From Camelus ferus (taxonomy: Eukaryota): a stretch of DNA of 64,000 nucleotides. The notes below the pieces were generated by a model. The model saw nothing but the letters and a program-made list of their open reading frames with translations. It had not been told where the DNA came from and searched no databases. Made by a program: the position numbers and the translations under genes. Numbering within the stretch: position 1 is the stretch's first letter; each line of letters opens with the position of its first letter. The DNA is taken from NCBI RefSeq assembly GCF_009834535.1, contig NC_045697.1, forward strand, positions 54,190,001 through 54,254,000, in the 5' to 3' direction. Below, piece by piece: positions 25,521 through 39,020 of the stretch.

Positions 25521-25834
25521 CAGGAGTTGGCCAGTTGTTTCTTTAACGCTAAACAGTAAATAGTTTCAGCTTTGCAGGCCAACTGGTCTCTCTGCAATTA
25601 CTTAAATCTGTCAGTGTCATGCAACAGCAGCCACAGACAACATGGCAACAATCTCTGTGGTCTAATAAAACTTTATGATGGACACAGAGTTGAATTTTGT
25701 AAAATTTTTAGATGTCACAAAGTATCATTCTTCTTTGGATTTTTTTCAACTATTAAAAATTGTGAGATGATAAGCCATACAAAAACAAGTGGCTGCCTGG
25801 ATCTGCCCTACAGGCTATAATTTGGTGACCCCTG
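25521..25834. mobile_element. hAT-Charlie non-autonomous element (MER58-like)
   Basis: TIRs CAGGAGTTGGC / GGTGACCCCTG; internal GCTTTGCAGGCCA and AATAAAACTTTAT. Confidence 0.7.
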
Positions 25835-26220
25835 ATTTACACTGTAAGTTATAGTTTTAGCAAGCATTTTCCCAGAAGAAGCAATTAAAGCCAATACCTA
25901 AAATGAATTTTAGAGACTTCTTATGGAGTTCAATAATCTAGACTTTATATGCTCACTTGCCATGGATAATGCATAGTTCAAAAAGCTGTGTTTTAAGGGG
26001 AAACAACAATAAAACATAAAATTGGAAAGAGAATGGAAGGCAAGCAGAAAACATAATAATATATGTAGAATATGAAATATAAATATTATATATAAGTATA
26101 TATAAATGTATGTAGGAAATCTGGAAGTACATATGCCAAAAATGTAAATAGAAGATTCCCTATACCATGATTTTGAAATGATTTGAAGGCTTTTCATCAT
26201 ATTTTGTTGTATTGCTTGCC

Positions 26221-26530
26221 TTTTTTTTAAATTGAAGTATAGTCAGTTATAATGTGTCAATTTCTGGGGTACAGCATAATGTCCCAGTCATACATATATA
26301 TACATATATTCATTTTCATATTCTTTTTCAGTAAAGGTTATTACACAATATTGAATATAGTTCCCTGTGCTATACAGAAGAAACTTGTTTTTTACCTATT
26401 TTTATGTTTAGTGGCTAGCATTTGCAAATCTTGAACTCCCAAATTTATCCCTTCCCATTCCTTTTCCCCCAGTAACCATAAGATTGTTTACTATTTCTGT
26501 GAGTCTGTTTCTGTTTCATAGATGAGTTCT
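26221..26530 (-). mobile_element. 5'-truncated L1 3' end
   Basis: Poly(T), ATTGAAGTATAGTCAG, GTTCCCTGTGCTATACAG, GAGTCTGTTTCTGTTT. Confidence 0.8.
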
Positions 26531-27582
26531 TTAAAGTTCTTGTTTGCTTTATATAACTTTTTTACAATAAATATGTATGTTTTTTCACATAAATATGCAT
26601 ATATATATATATAAAACTATTGCCTTAAAAAGCAAATGTCCCTTCATAGTCAGAAGAAAAACACATGACCATTCCTTTTTTTAATAAGTATTGATTTCTC
26701 AGTAAGTTTATGCTCATCAGCCTATCCAATATGATGTGACAAGGCACTTCACCAGAGAATATTTCACCGGTCGAATCAGAGGAGTCAAAAACACCTGTTC
26801 AACATTCACTCACTTTCACAGTTTGGCAGCTCTTCTCTGCTGATTTGTGGAATTAATTATTGAGACTCAGGTTCACATAACGTTTGGCATACGATCAGTC
26901 ATTCTTCTAAGAAGCCAGCTCAATGAGTCAGTGGTAGTAAATAGGTCTGTAAAACCACAGACTCTGTAATAAGCTGTGGTTTTAATAAGAAATAATTTCT
27001 TCTAGGAATTCATACTACAGAGAAATTGTCCCATATAGGAATTCTAAAATGGTATACAAATGGCATATATTGTCTTGTCTTATTTATAAGTAATGATTTA
27101 ATGCATTTTTCTTGATGACTATATTTATAATAAATATTCATTCATCTTTTCCCCATTTACCACAGGATCCAAACATGGCCTAAAAACTTTTACTAAAGCC
27201 TAAAAAACTGATCTTTCAATCATATCCATGAGGTTGATAACTAAGCTTGAATGACAGTGGGTGCTAAGTCCATTCATAGCAAGTTTTCAAAGAAACTCAG
27301 TCTCTGCACTGGCTTTTGAAATATACAGCTTAATTCAACTCTTTATATCAACCATCTCTGACCATGTGACAAGCTATTCAACATTCAATTACAGGGATGG
27401 CCTTTATGACAACAGGATTATGCCTCAATGAGCTTTTTGGGGATAGCTATAAACAAACTTAGAAGTAAATGCTGTTTGAATCACTGCAAGTTTTATACAA
27501 GCATTTTTATGATATATTGAAATGTGTGACATTCATATTTAACAGAGTCCTTTACTGTTGTTTTTTTTTTTCCTTTTCTCAG

Positions 27583-27650
27583 ATAGATAAAATATTTCAA
27601 AGATCCAGTTTAAATCATCATTACATCAAGTCTCATGTTGTCAACTTTAG
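27583..27650 (+). CDS. TMPRSS11G: TMPRSS11G exon 4, SEA domain
   Basis: Long pyrimidine tract, cag|ATA..AG|gtaat, 68 nt; IDKIFQRSSLNHHYIKSHVVNFR. Confidence 0.93.
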
Positions 27651-28262
27651 GTAATCACAACTAATTACATTATATGATGAAAAGGCGACTTTGTATTATT
27701 TAGTTATTCTTCAATTATTTGCTTTGTGAATACCAAGGGCAAAAATAATTTTATACTATCACATTTAATTGTTATTCCTCCTGAATGGAATACCTATAGG
27801 GAGAGAGTTTCTTAACTTACGTAGAGATGAAATATATTCTACTGGTTGTCTCTTTAAAGACTTTTGCATTTCAGTTAAAAATTCTTACAATCACTAAAAA
27901 TTCCTCTCAGTTTTACAAACATTTTTAACAATAAACAGATGTATGCATTTTTTAATCAAGAAAAACATATATACAAAATTCATGAATTTAACAAGTGGTC
28001 TTGATTTATTTATCCAGAAAAAAATTCTAGAATTCTCAGATATTCTCCCCTCCCTAAATATGACCAAGTTTTATAAGCAGGAAATAATTCAGGTATTAAC
28101 ACCTACATGATACAGAAAGGGGAAAATCCATGACAATACAACGTATAAAATATTTATGTTGCACTTTCTTGAAGATATAACTAATATTTAAATGAAAAGT
28201 TATAAAATAATAATTACTATGGCTATCCCCTCACTCATTTATTCTGGAATTTTTTTTTTCAG

Positions 28263-28423
28263 GTCAAGTAATGAAGGTTTGAAAACGGATGTATTGCTTA
28301 AATTTCAGTTTGTTTCTAATGATGCAGACACAGTAAAAAGGCAAGCTGATAACATTTTGCTACAGAAGTTGAGATTAAATGAAAGCTTCTTGAAGACAGA
28401 TACTTCATCACCTTATCTTAGAG
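28263..28423 (+). CDS. TMPRSS11G: TMPRSS11G exon 5, SEA domain end (GC donor)
   Basis: cag|G..AGAG|gcaaga, 161 nt; SSNEGLKTDVLLKFQF..TSSPYLR; phase 1 matches exon 6. Confidence 0.85.
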
Positions 28424-30454
28424 GCAAGAAATACCATTTTTCTTCCCTTGATACAGTTTATCATTTTAACAATCTTCTTATCTACGGAGAAATCTTCTTT
28501 ATTTCACCATAAAATGAAACCACTTTTCATTTTTGTCTCTTACTTGGTAATAAATAAATCCCCACAGAATCAACACCAAAGATTATCTTTCTTTGGTTAA
28601 TACGGAAACAATCATAAAATAAGAATTATATGATAACTCAAACAGTAGTATTTCTTACTTTTTTAAAGAAGAAGTCTTGGTCAAATTGTTTTAATTAATT
28701 AAGTATTCATGTGATAAAAACCTACATTTTGCCACTGATACAGTAACCCATAGTAACCCATATATAGTAACCCATATTTCTGTTGCAATACTCTCTCCAA
28801 TCTGAATTCAGAGTGTAAGAGTGGTGTGGGCAAAGAAATTACAATATGTGAGGCACAACATGATTTGGCTCCAGTGAAAGGAAGTATTTTTTTCTTACAC
28901 TCCCACAACCCTTCCTAAACACAAAGGATAGGATTGCCCAAGGGCGTGGAGGGGATAAGGAAGACAAAGATGCCAGACTCTGAAAGTACCTGTCTCAAAC
29001 ATAAAAACACCATCTCATTTGTAACACAGACACTTACCTGGGTGATAGATGTCTGGGGTCTAAGATTAAACAAAACTAATTATAATTCTTAGACTATTGT
29101 TAACCTTCTAGATTAACTTTGAAATTGTCATATTTTACCAGAACAGTGTAAGTTGTGAAATGAGATTTAAAAGCTGACAGATAATTACAAGTTATAAGTC
29201 TTCCCTAGGTACTCTTTCTCCCAAATTGTTCCAGAGGGCTAGAGCAGTTATATTATGTTTAAAGATGAGAAAACTGTATCATGGTTTTGGGCAAAGTCAG
29301 AAAGAAGAAGAAATAGCCTGAAGATAAGAAGTCTCTGTAAGTAATGTTCAACATTCAGTTTTGCTAGTCATGCAGATAGAACAGAGTAGACTCTGAATCC
29401 AACACACCGGGCTTTAGATACTAAAGACAAGAATTCCTGAAGGAAACATTTTGTTGAAGAGATGTAAGTATGTATGAAATTTTTGTTTTTAAAAAAATCT
29501 AATTTTGATTTTCAGCTCCCATTAAGCCAAAGATTAGAAACTTAAGACTCCATCATTTTTGGATCTATGCCTCACCCCCCACCCCCACTCTGTGACGTTA
29601 GGGGACTTAGGTCGTTCAGTGTTACTTGATCAGGTTGGTCCATGAAGGCACCTGCTGGTGATCCATCCATCACTGGGTCTTCACTTGCCTGTCTAAGTAA
29701 GTTACTATTAAGACATTCCTTATCCCCAGGGAATGGTCTCCTCAGATTCATAATTTATCCTGAGACTTCTGTGCTTCCCAAGGGTACTTGGAAATTAATT
29801 TGTGTATTTTTAAAATTTTACTTCTCTCTGCAAAAAAATTGTAATTCCTTGAAAATAGGAAATGTATCTCTGTAATTACAATCATATTCCCAAGATTAGC
29901 AAAGAACTTAGCACGAAGCAGGAACTTGGTATTTATAAAGTGTAGTATTTTTAACTCTAAATGAACTCAGTCTCTTGAAAGTGGGCATGAAACAAAAGCA
30001 GTCTTCTAAAATTAATAAATACCACAGAACACTGAGGAATCCAGAATCATTCTTTTTTTTTTACATAGGGTTTTAAAACTACGCTTAAAAAAAAAAAAAA
30101 AGAGGGGGAGAGGTTATTACATATAAAATTTAAAAACCAAAAGTTGAGTTTCATAGGGTAAGAGAAATCATTAAAATACACAGTGTATAAAGAAAAAATG
30201 CACAGAATGCACTTCAGGAGAGACTGCAGAAACCAAGACTTAGAACACAGAAGACCTGTGACCCAGCAGTAAATGCAGTTAGAGCAGTTCTTGTTTTGCA
30301 AAATGAAAATAGTCACAACAGTGGAATGTATTCTTTAGGAAAATGTTTAAAAAGTTTTGAAAAGTACAAGTACAAACAAATTAATATAATGTATTATTTT
30401 ATGGACTTTCTCGGGTATCTTTAAAAATGCTGATACGGGGAAGCTGAAGAACAG

Positions 30455-31515
30455 GGAGATTGTACCTTTCTAAGAATTGTTCACTTCTTCTAGCTTGTCC
30501 ATTTTATTGGCGTTAGTTGCTTGTAATAGTCTCTTATGGCCCTTTGCATTTCTGTGGTATCAGTTGTAACTTCTCCTTTTTTGTTTCTGATTTTATTGAT
30601 TTGGGCTCTCTCTCTTTTTTTCTTGATGAATCTGGTTAAAAGTTTATCAGTTTTGTTTGTTCTCAAATAAACAACCTAACCTTACAACTAAGCAACCAAA
30701 GAAAGAAAAACAAACAAAACCCAAAGTTAGCAGAAGGACATCATAAAGATCAGAGCAGACATAAATAAAATAGAGACTAAAAAAAATTATGGAAAAGATT
30801 AATGAAACTAACAGCTGGTACTTCGAAACAATAAACAAAATTGATAAACCTCCTACAGTCTGTTGGGTGGTGCCAGGTCTTGGGGCTAATAGCCCAAGCA
30901 AGATGTCAGCTTCCAGGAGAGCTTATGCAGATGAATACTCCCTGATACGTTTGACACCAGCTTTTATGCCCCGAGGGTGAGCCACAGACACCCCTCACCT
31001 CCGCAGGATACCCTGTAAGACCAGCAGGCAGGTCTGTCCAAGGCTCCTACGAAATCATTACTTTGGTCCTTGGCCCTGGTCCACATGAGATTTTATGTGC
31101 ACTCTTTACAAGTGAAGTCTCTGTTTCCCCCAGTCTTGTGGAGCTCCTACAATTAAGCCCTACTGGCCTTCAAAGCCAAATGCTCTGGGGGTTCCTCATC
31201 CTAATGTCAGGTCCCCAGGCTGGGGTGCCTGATGTGGGGCTCAGAACTCCCACTCCCATGGGAGAACCTCTGCAATATAATTATTCTCCAGCTTGTGGGT
31301 CGCCCATCCAGGCAGTAGAGAACCCAAATATATCAAGTGTGCCCCTCCTACTGTCCCGCTGTGGTTCCCTCTTTATGCCTCCAATTGTAGAAGATCTTTT
31401 TGAGTGGGTTCCAGTCTTTCTAACTGATGTTTGTTCAGCAGTCAGTTGTGGTTTTTTTGTGTTTGTGAGAGGAGGTGAGATCAAGGTCCTTCCACTCCAC
31501 CATCTTGACACGATC
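30455..31515. mobile_element. Rearranged L1: ORF2 piece (-, 30455-30660), inverted ORF2 piece (+, 30661-30851), 5'UTR-like piece (-, 30852-31515)
   Basis: EKINETNSWYFETINKIDKP on +; the contiguous downstream ORF2 sequence on -; 5' end CTCCACCATCTTG as in the other L1s. Confidence 0.75.
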
Positions 31516-31519
31516 TCTG

Positions 31520-31944
31520 AAACAGAAGTTTACTAACACGTATACATGGGAGGTAACTAGGGGAAAATGAGTAACTCAGAGAGGTGGCTTAGAATTCAGT
31601 GTTAGCATCTTCACCAAAGAACAGGAAATTTGTGGAGAAATGGCAGGACAAAAGAAAGCAGTTTTTGTCTTCTAGGAGCAGAGAAAAAGGCTGTGTTATG
31701 CAGATTCCTCTGGTGCCCTCTCCAGGCTGACAGGGTCTAAAGTTTTCCCCAGGGACTAACCTTTTTCCTTTCTTGTAGAGAGGAAAGGAGGGACACCTTG
31801 GTAATTTTATGTCCTGTTTTTAGGCAACTAGGGAACTCACAGAAGGCTTTTCTTGTATCTGCTTCTTCTCAATTACTTTCAGCTGAAAATAATTCTTGTG
31901 CCAAAGAGGCATTCTTTTGGAGTGGCATAATCTGTTACCCTTCA
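31520..31944 (-). mobile_element. ERV1 LTR fragment (MER34/MER39-like)
   Basis: Reverse complement begins TGAAGGGTAACAGATTATGCCACTCCAAAAGAATGCCTCTTTGGCA..ATTATTTTCAGCTGAA. Confidence 0.6.
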
Positions 31945-32629
31945 CACTCTAGGGAGGGTATAGGTGGTAGTCTTTTTTAAAAAATAATTTGAGTCAATTA
32001 TGCTTGTTTTTTTCCACAATGTATTTAAAATGTATTAACTTTGCCTCTAACTCTATGTGAATTATCTGGGATCAAAGTCAAATAAATGTGATATTACTTT
32101 TATTCACACAAGCATAACCTAAAGCTTTTGAATATTTTAAAATAATTTTTCTAGTCTCAAAGTTTTCAGCCAGTGGCTCTTTTACCTTTTAAATTTAGTA
32201 GTATACTTTATAGCAGTTTTTATTTAGCATAAGAATAAGTTAACCAGAAATGTTGTTTTTCCTATTTCACTTAACCCATTTTGTGGTTTGTTTTCAATCA
32301 AATACTGTGCTATCTTCTTTAGCCAGATCAAATATCCCACACACTATTCAACTAAATTTTATTTTAGGCAGGAAAGTGAGAACAGGAAAGAAATCACAAC
32401 AAATCACAAATTTTAAAAAGCTGACTAATACTCTAAATATCATACAATCCAGAAAAAAGATTTTTTAATTCATTAATTACCTCATATATCTCTATAATAT
32501 CTTACTATTTTCCCCTTACATTTTCTTTTTGGCTGTATACTCTGATCACCTCTTAAAATATCAATCTTTTTTTTAACATTTTCTATAGAATAAAAAGATA
32601 ACTCAAACTTTCTACCAGTATGCTTGATT

Positions 32630-33475
32630 TTTAAAATATTATTTTCAAATAATTATAGACTCATAGGAGGTTAAAAAGAAATTTACAGAGAAATCTCATG
32701 CACTTGTACCCTTCCCCAGCCTTCCATAATACAGTACAATATCAAAACTAAGAAACTGAGATAGCTATAATCCACAGAGCTTATTAAGACTTCACAGTTA
32801 CATATGAGTTCATTTATATGTGTCTTTGTGTGTACAGCTCTATGCAATTTTATCACACATGTAGCCTTGTGTGACCACTACAATCAGTATATACAACTGT
32901 ACAATATCAAAACTCCCTGATGTTACCTCTTTAAAGTCATACCCATCTCCTCTACCCATACTTAGCTTCTGCCAACCACCAATCCATTTTCCGTAATTGT
33001 ATTATTTTATGAATTTCACATAAATAGAATTATGTATTTTGTATCTTTTTGAGATTGACCTTTTTAGCTTAGCGTAATTTTTTGAGGTTCATCCATGTTG
33101 TATGTATTAATAATTTTTTCTTTGTTACTGCCAAGTAGTGTTCCATAGCATTCTACAGTTTAACCACCTATCCACTGAAGAGCATTTGGGGAGTTTCAAG
33201 TTTTGAGATTGAAATGAAGCCCAGTGAAGCTGCTATAAGCATTCATGTACAAGGTCCTTCATGAAAATGTCTCCATTTCTCTAGGATAAATGTTGTAGAG
33301 TATAACTGCTGGGTTGATAATCATTTTTGGATTTGAAGGGAACAAACAAGCTACTTTCCAGAATGGCTATGCAACTTTGCATTCCCATCAGCAATATATG
33401 AGTGAACCAGTTTCTCTGTATCTTTGCCAACATTTGATGTTATCACTGTTTTTCATGTTAGCCTTACTGATAGCA
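32630..33475 (-). mobile_element. Old L1 3' fragment (L1MC-like)
   Basis: AATAATTATAGACTCATAGGAGGTT..GAGGTTCATCCATGTTG..CATTCCCATCAGCAAT. Confidence 0.7.
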
Positions 33476-33680
33476 TTCCTACCTAGACTCTCTACTATTT
33501 AACTCATATTTTAATAAATTGGTATGGCATTAATGAATTAGATACAGTCATCCTTCCTGGCAAGCAATATCCTTCCCCATGGCAATGATTTTATAATTAT
33601 GAACCAAGATTTTCCCAGGGTCCATATATTGTCAGAAGAAGAGTTTAATTTATATCTAGGCCTCTCCTTTTTGTAGGATT

Positions 33681-33686
<6 letters not shown>

Positions 33687-33723
<37 letters not shown>

Positions 33724-33869
33724 TTTTATAATTTTTTCAGAGGGAGGAAGTAATTAGGTTGATTGATTGATTGATTGATTGATTGATTTTAATGGAGGTA
33801 CTGGGCATGGAACCCAGGACCTTGTGCACGCCAAGCATACACTCTACCACTGACCTATATGCTCCCTCC
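33687..33869 (-). mobile_element. tRNA-derived SINE, Vic-1-like, with perfect 15-bp TSD
   Basis: TSD TGTAGGATTTTATTT at 33672-33686 and 33870-33884; (TTTA)n tail and internal (TTGA)n; same body as 25076-25195. Confidence 0.88.
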
Positions 33870-34003
33870 TGTAGGATTTTATTTAAATTAAGAATTTCTT
33901 GATTAATTCAGTTCCTCCCAACCAGAAATATTCATGTTATATAGGTGGAGTATTTTAAATTATACTTGTTCCATTGCTGAGCAATCATCTTTTTTTTTTC
34001 CAG

Positions 34004-34042
34004 ATATAAATAAAGTACATGCAGAGCATATCCTGAATAGCT
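34004..34042 (+). CDS. TMPRSS11G: TMPRSS11G exon 6, 39-nt linker exon
   Basis: ttccag|AT..AGCT|gtaagt; DINKVHAEHILNS. Confidence 0.88.
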
Positions 34043-34719
34043 GTAAGTTCAAGAATATTATCAAGATGCATAAAATTCAAATACTTTAAAAATATTTCCA
34101 TGTTTACTATTCCCCAAAAGTATATAATGTTTCTGAATGGATACATAATTTAACTCTATCATGGGGAAAAAACTGTTGCTAATAATTGGGAATGTCTATG
34201 TGAATGTACTTGCTGCTCTCCTCATAAAAGTTTCGCTGACTTTTTTTTTTATGAATTCCCTTTTATCTTATTTACTTATTTTTATTTGGTTCATTTTGTT
34301 AAAGCAGAAAATACTGCTTAGAATTTAATGACACTCTCTAACTTTAATATGTGAACTTTGACATTTATGCTGTAGTGGTGTAATGACTGTAATACTAGAC
34401 AAGTATTTTAAAAGAGTACAAATGGCATTTTTCTACTGTAAGTAGTGTACATTTCACACTAAAAATTGTCAGGTATCACTACAGTAAACTACCTACAAGA
34501 ACCGGACCCAGCAAAGTATGAAACAAATTTTAAGTTAAATTGCGGTACGTATATCAAGGAAGGTGTTTAAATTTTTTTAAGATAATCCCTTTTTCAATGT
34601 GAATAATCATTTCTGTCATATAATTTTGATTATTTTAAGGTTACCATCTTTAACTATGTGCCAAAAGTACCCACACACAATTATAACTCCGGAAATAACC
34701 ATCTAATTCCCTTCGACAG

Positions 34720-34891
34720 GTTGCGGTTTAGGGAGGGAGTTCCCGTCCATGGAAAGAATTGCTAATGGTAATGTTGCAAAGAGAGCTGATTGGCCATGGC
34801 AAGCCAGCCTTCAGGTGGATGGTGTCCATTTCTGTGGAGCATCTTTGATCAGTGAGGAGTGGCTCCTGACTGCTGCTCATTGCTTTGACAT
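34720..34891 (+). CDS. TMPRSS11G: TMPRSS11G exon 7, activation site R|IANG and catalytic His
   Basis: cag|GT..AT|gtaag, 172 nt; [56 protein letters not shown]. Confidence 0.95.
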
Positions 34892-35910
34892 GTAAGACCT
34901 CATTCTGTACCAACCAGATCACCAGTTTCATCTCTTTTTCTCACCTTCACTTCCTATAATTCTTATCCCTCTTTCACTGATCATCTTAGGCCCTAAAATG
35001 GTATTCATAATTGTCCAGCAGACTTATAAGAAGCAACAATTACTGAAGAATAGTAAAAAAAGGAAAAAACTTAAAGAGTACCTTCAGTTCCAACTGCATA
35101 TATAATCTCCAGCAACCTCAACTTTAAAAACAAGTCAACATTGCCAAAAGTTAAAGGCATTCACCAGTTTTCCTGAGATATCTTGTGGATTAAAAAAAAA
35201 AACTCAGTTAATAGTATCCCAACTTACAAACTAATATCTGATTATCCCACTTGAGTTATCTTTGGTGCTGTGCTTTTATTATTTGTATGCCTTCTGAAGA
35301 TTTAACATATGAGACACTTGGAGATAATAAAGAGATACAGTAGCCCTAGAGAAATTCATATGAGATGGGGAAATATTCTGGATAAAATTTTATCTAAAAA
35401 AGAAAGGATGCAAAAACAATATATAAAGTTTGGCTCCAATTCGCTCTCTCTCTCCCTTTCTCTTTTCTTCCCTCCCTTCCTTCTTTCCTCCCTTCTTTCT
35501 CTCTCCATAGATATACATACATTTATATAACTGTGCATGGCTATGAGTGCACAGGTGGGTTTACACATGTCTAGTTTTTTTTTTATTTATATTTTTCTCA
35601 ACTAATCGGAATTACTTTTACAACCAAAAATGGCAATAATACATTGTTTCCTTAAAAAAATACCAACTTCTCATCAAGGAAGGAGAGTAGTTTAAGCTAT
35701 CTTAGTATGGGGGAATATGTTATCAGCTAAATGAAAGCAAAGCAGTCCTAAGGGAGAGGCATCAAATAGAAGGTGGAAGGATCCCAATCAACAACCACCT
35801 TAAACAATTTGCCCTTCTCCCACCCTTATGTCCCATGCTCATCCAGAGTCCTGGGCAACTTTAGATCAGAAATGATCTAATCCAACCATAATCTTTTAAT
35901 CTGTAATCAG

Positions 35911-36170
35911 TTACAAAAACCCCAAACTCTGGATGGCTAGTTTTGGAACAACTCTAAGCCCTCCACTAATGAGAAGAGAAGTGCAGTCAATTATCATTCA
36001 CGAAAACTATGCTGCCCATAAGCATGACGATGACATCGCTGTGGTGAAGCTCTCCATCCCCGTCACATTTTCCGACGACGTGCACAGAGTCTGTCTCCCA
36101 GATGCTACTTTTGAAGCCTTGCCTGGGAGTAAAGTGTTTGTTACTGGATGGGGAGCACTGAAAGCAAATG
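35911..36170 (+). CDS. TMPRSS11G: TMPRSS11G exon 8, catalytic Asp
   Basis: cag|T..G|gtgagt, 260 nt; YKNPKLW..HENYAAHKHDDDIAVVKLS..VCLP..VTGWGALKAN. Confidence 0.95.
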
Positions 36171-36914
36171 GTGAGTATCTCAGCAGAAACTCCCAAGCAA
36201 AAAAAAAGAAAGCCTATCCCCCACTGGAATGGAGATGTAAAATAGGATACAAAATCAAAATATAGAAAATAAGAGATGAAGTCAAGATGTCCCATGACGT
36301 ACATGGCAAAAACAAGAAAGAAATCCAGATATGGTGAACTATGAAGGCTGCTATTACTATTACATAGTATCTATGTTAATTGTCTTCTTTATGGGGTATT
36401 TTGGAAACTACATAGTCATAACTTTCTTTCCAAAAATAATTGAAGCATTTTTTCACATGATTTTTTCTTTCTGTTGCTGAATATGTAGAAATTCTGCTGT
36501 GGCTGCATGATACTTAAAGTATCTGATTTACGAGCAGTAATAATGATAAGCTTCTGTAATGTGTCATATAGCTAAACAGAAACAGCCTTAAACAAGCAAT
36601 CTGAATGGCGCTCCTGATGCCAAATATTAATGGGGCCCTTCTGATGCATGTATCTATGGAACAGTTTTTGAGCCTGAGAATTTATAAAGTTGACAAGTAT
36701 GGCATTTTATGACACTTACTAATACACAATGAATTGCAAAGACAGACCTTTAGATCCTAATGTAAGTTTCCAGTTCTTATGTTTCTTGGTTGGACTTATT
36801 ATATACAATTTAATTTACTCTTGAATTTCTGATTCTTGTTCTAGATGCTTATTATGACACTTTAGTCTTATTTATGTACTTGCTCAGGGTATACCTTTTA
36901 CCTGAGTCTTTATC

Positions 36915-37141
36915 AGATGGTAGTTAGCATTTTTTAGTAATAAAGTACTTTTTAAATTAAGGTACATATATTGTTTTTTTAGACATGATGCTATTGTATA
37001 CTTAACAGACTACAGTGTAGTATAAACATAACTTTCTATATGTGCTGGGAAACCAAAAAGTTTGTGTGACTTACTTTGTTGCGATATTCGCTTTATTGTG
37101 ATTGTCTGGAACCAAACCTGCAGTATCTCTGAGCTATGCCT
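36915..37141 (+). mobile_element. Tigger1-like DNA transposon terminal fragment
   Basis: TTGCGATATTCGCTTTATTG..CTGGAACCAAACCTGCAGTATCTCTGAGCTATGCCT (TIR-like end). Confidence 0.75.
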
Positions 37142-37592
37142 ATAGAGCTGTGTCCTTTGTGGTGAGGCAGATTTCCAGATAAGGTAAACTGTCACAGATT
37201 ACCCCAGGTGGTGCCAAATGCCCCGGCTTTAAATCTAACATTTTCTCCCATTTAGCTATGTGACTATGGCTAAGACTCATAACCAGGTGAGCTTTGTTTT
37301 CCTCATTTGAAAAAGAGAATACTCATATCTATCTTTGGTGGCTGTTGCTAGGATTAAATAAGACAGTGAGTAAATGTGCCAAGCATGGTACATAGCACAT
37401 GGAAGACATCCTAAATGAATAATAACTTACATAAATAAATAAAACTTACATCTGAAGACTGTAAGCAAGCCTACAGCCGTATAACCTCAAATACATGTTT
37501 TATCACTGGTCCATCCTTCTCAAGAAACAACAATTAATTATCATAAGCAACAATGTGGAAATTGTTCACCTATTTATTTTTTTCTTCTCTAG

Positions 37593-37735
37593 GTCCCTTT
37601 CCCAACACTCTGAGAGAAGCTGAAGTAGAGATCATAAGTAATGATGTATGTAACCGCGTTAGTGTATATGGTGGTGCTGTGTCATCAGGCATGATATGTG
37701 CTGGATTCTTGAGAGGAAAACTAGATGCCTGTGAG
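37593..37735 (+). CDS. TMPRSS11G: TMPRSS11G exon 9, includes S1-pocket Asp189 (LDACE)
   Basis: tag|GT..GAG|gtaag, 143 nt; PFPNTLREAEVEIISNDVCN..GMICAGFLRGKLDACE. Confidence 0.95.
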
Positions 37736-38810
37736 GTAAGAATAGACTTAAATTTGCAAAGTGAATCTGTTAACAGAGATGGCCTTCCTGAACACAGACC
37801 AATGACACTTCAAGTGACTCTATGAAATTAAATTGTGGAGAAGAGAGTATAAAATAGAGGGAATGGAAGAACCATAATAGTCCTTGTTTATCACTGTTTT
37901 GTCCAGAAACATATGTAAAAAATAATCACCAGCTGCAAACTAGAGCTCTGATTAGAGAAAAAGACTGCAAGCAGATGACAGAAACCAAGTCAGAAAGACA
38001 CAAAATCACTGATTCAAGCCATAGTCATATCCAATAGTTAGGTATCTAATTCCTCTAATTGTAAGGCACCATGGGATGTGATCTGCAGTAGTAAAGACAC
38101 AAGACCGTGGGACCCCCATAACTACCTCAAACAGGATCATTTCTCTTATTTAAAAAAAAAAGTTCGTAAGGGGCTTCCACATAATACCTCTTTTAAATGA
38201 ATAGGCTCATTGCTAAAAGATAAAATTAGAAGTCATTTGTCTAAATTTTGGGTTAAATATATGGGGAAGTCCTCATGATTCACACACTCAAATCAGTTCA
38301 CTTGGCAGCAAAATCCTTTCTGTAATAAATGGTGCTCATTTGTTTGGATTGCCCTTTGCATATCTTCCTCCTCTCAAACCTACTGCAGCAGTGATACAGC
38401 CTCCCAGACACCTTCCTATCAACTAACGTGAGTGGAACAAGTTGAGATTCAAATTCAAAGCAAGAGACTATTCCTACCTAACAGAGTTAGGAGAGGCTTC
38501 ATGGAGGAGGTGACGTTTAGGTGAGCCTTGAGGTTACCACTTATGTAAGAATTGGATGCCTGGACTTAGGTTCAGTTTGTGACCTCTATTGAGAGGAAAC
38601 TACACAAGGATAAAACTGAAAACTTAGCTTTATTCACACTACTTTCCAAGTAAAAACATTAATAAAGATAAGCAGAGATAATAAGATAACAGAGCGTTAA
38701 TAGATTTAATTATCATATTAATACTAATGGTAAGTAAAAATAGTTAGGTTTTCATACTTCAAAATATCAATTTATTAGACAACCAGATTCTGATTAACTC
38801 ATGTTTCTGA

Positions 38811-39020
<210 letters not shown>

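Noticed and set aside
28741..28776. Three copies of AGTAACCCAT
   Set aside because: Local slippage repeat with no array or spacer structure.
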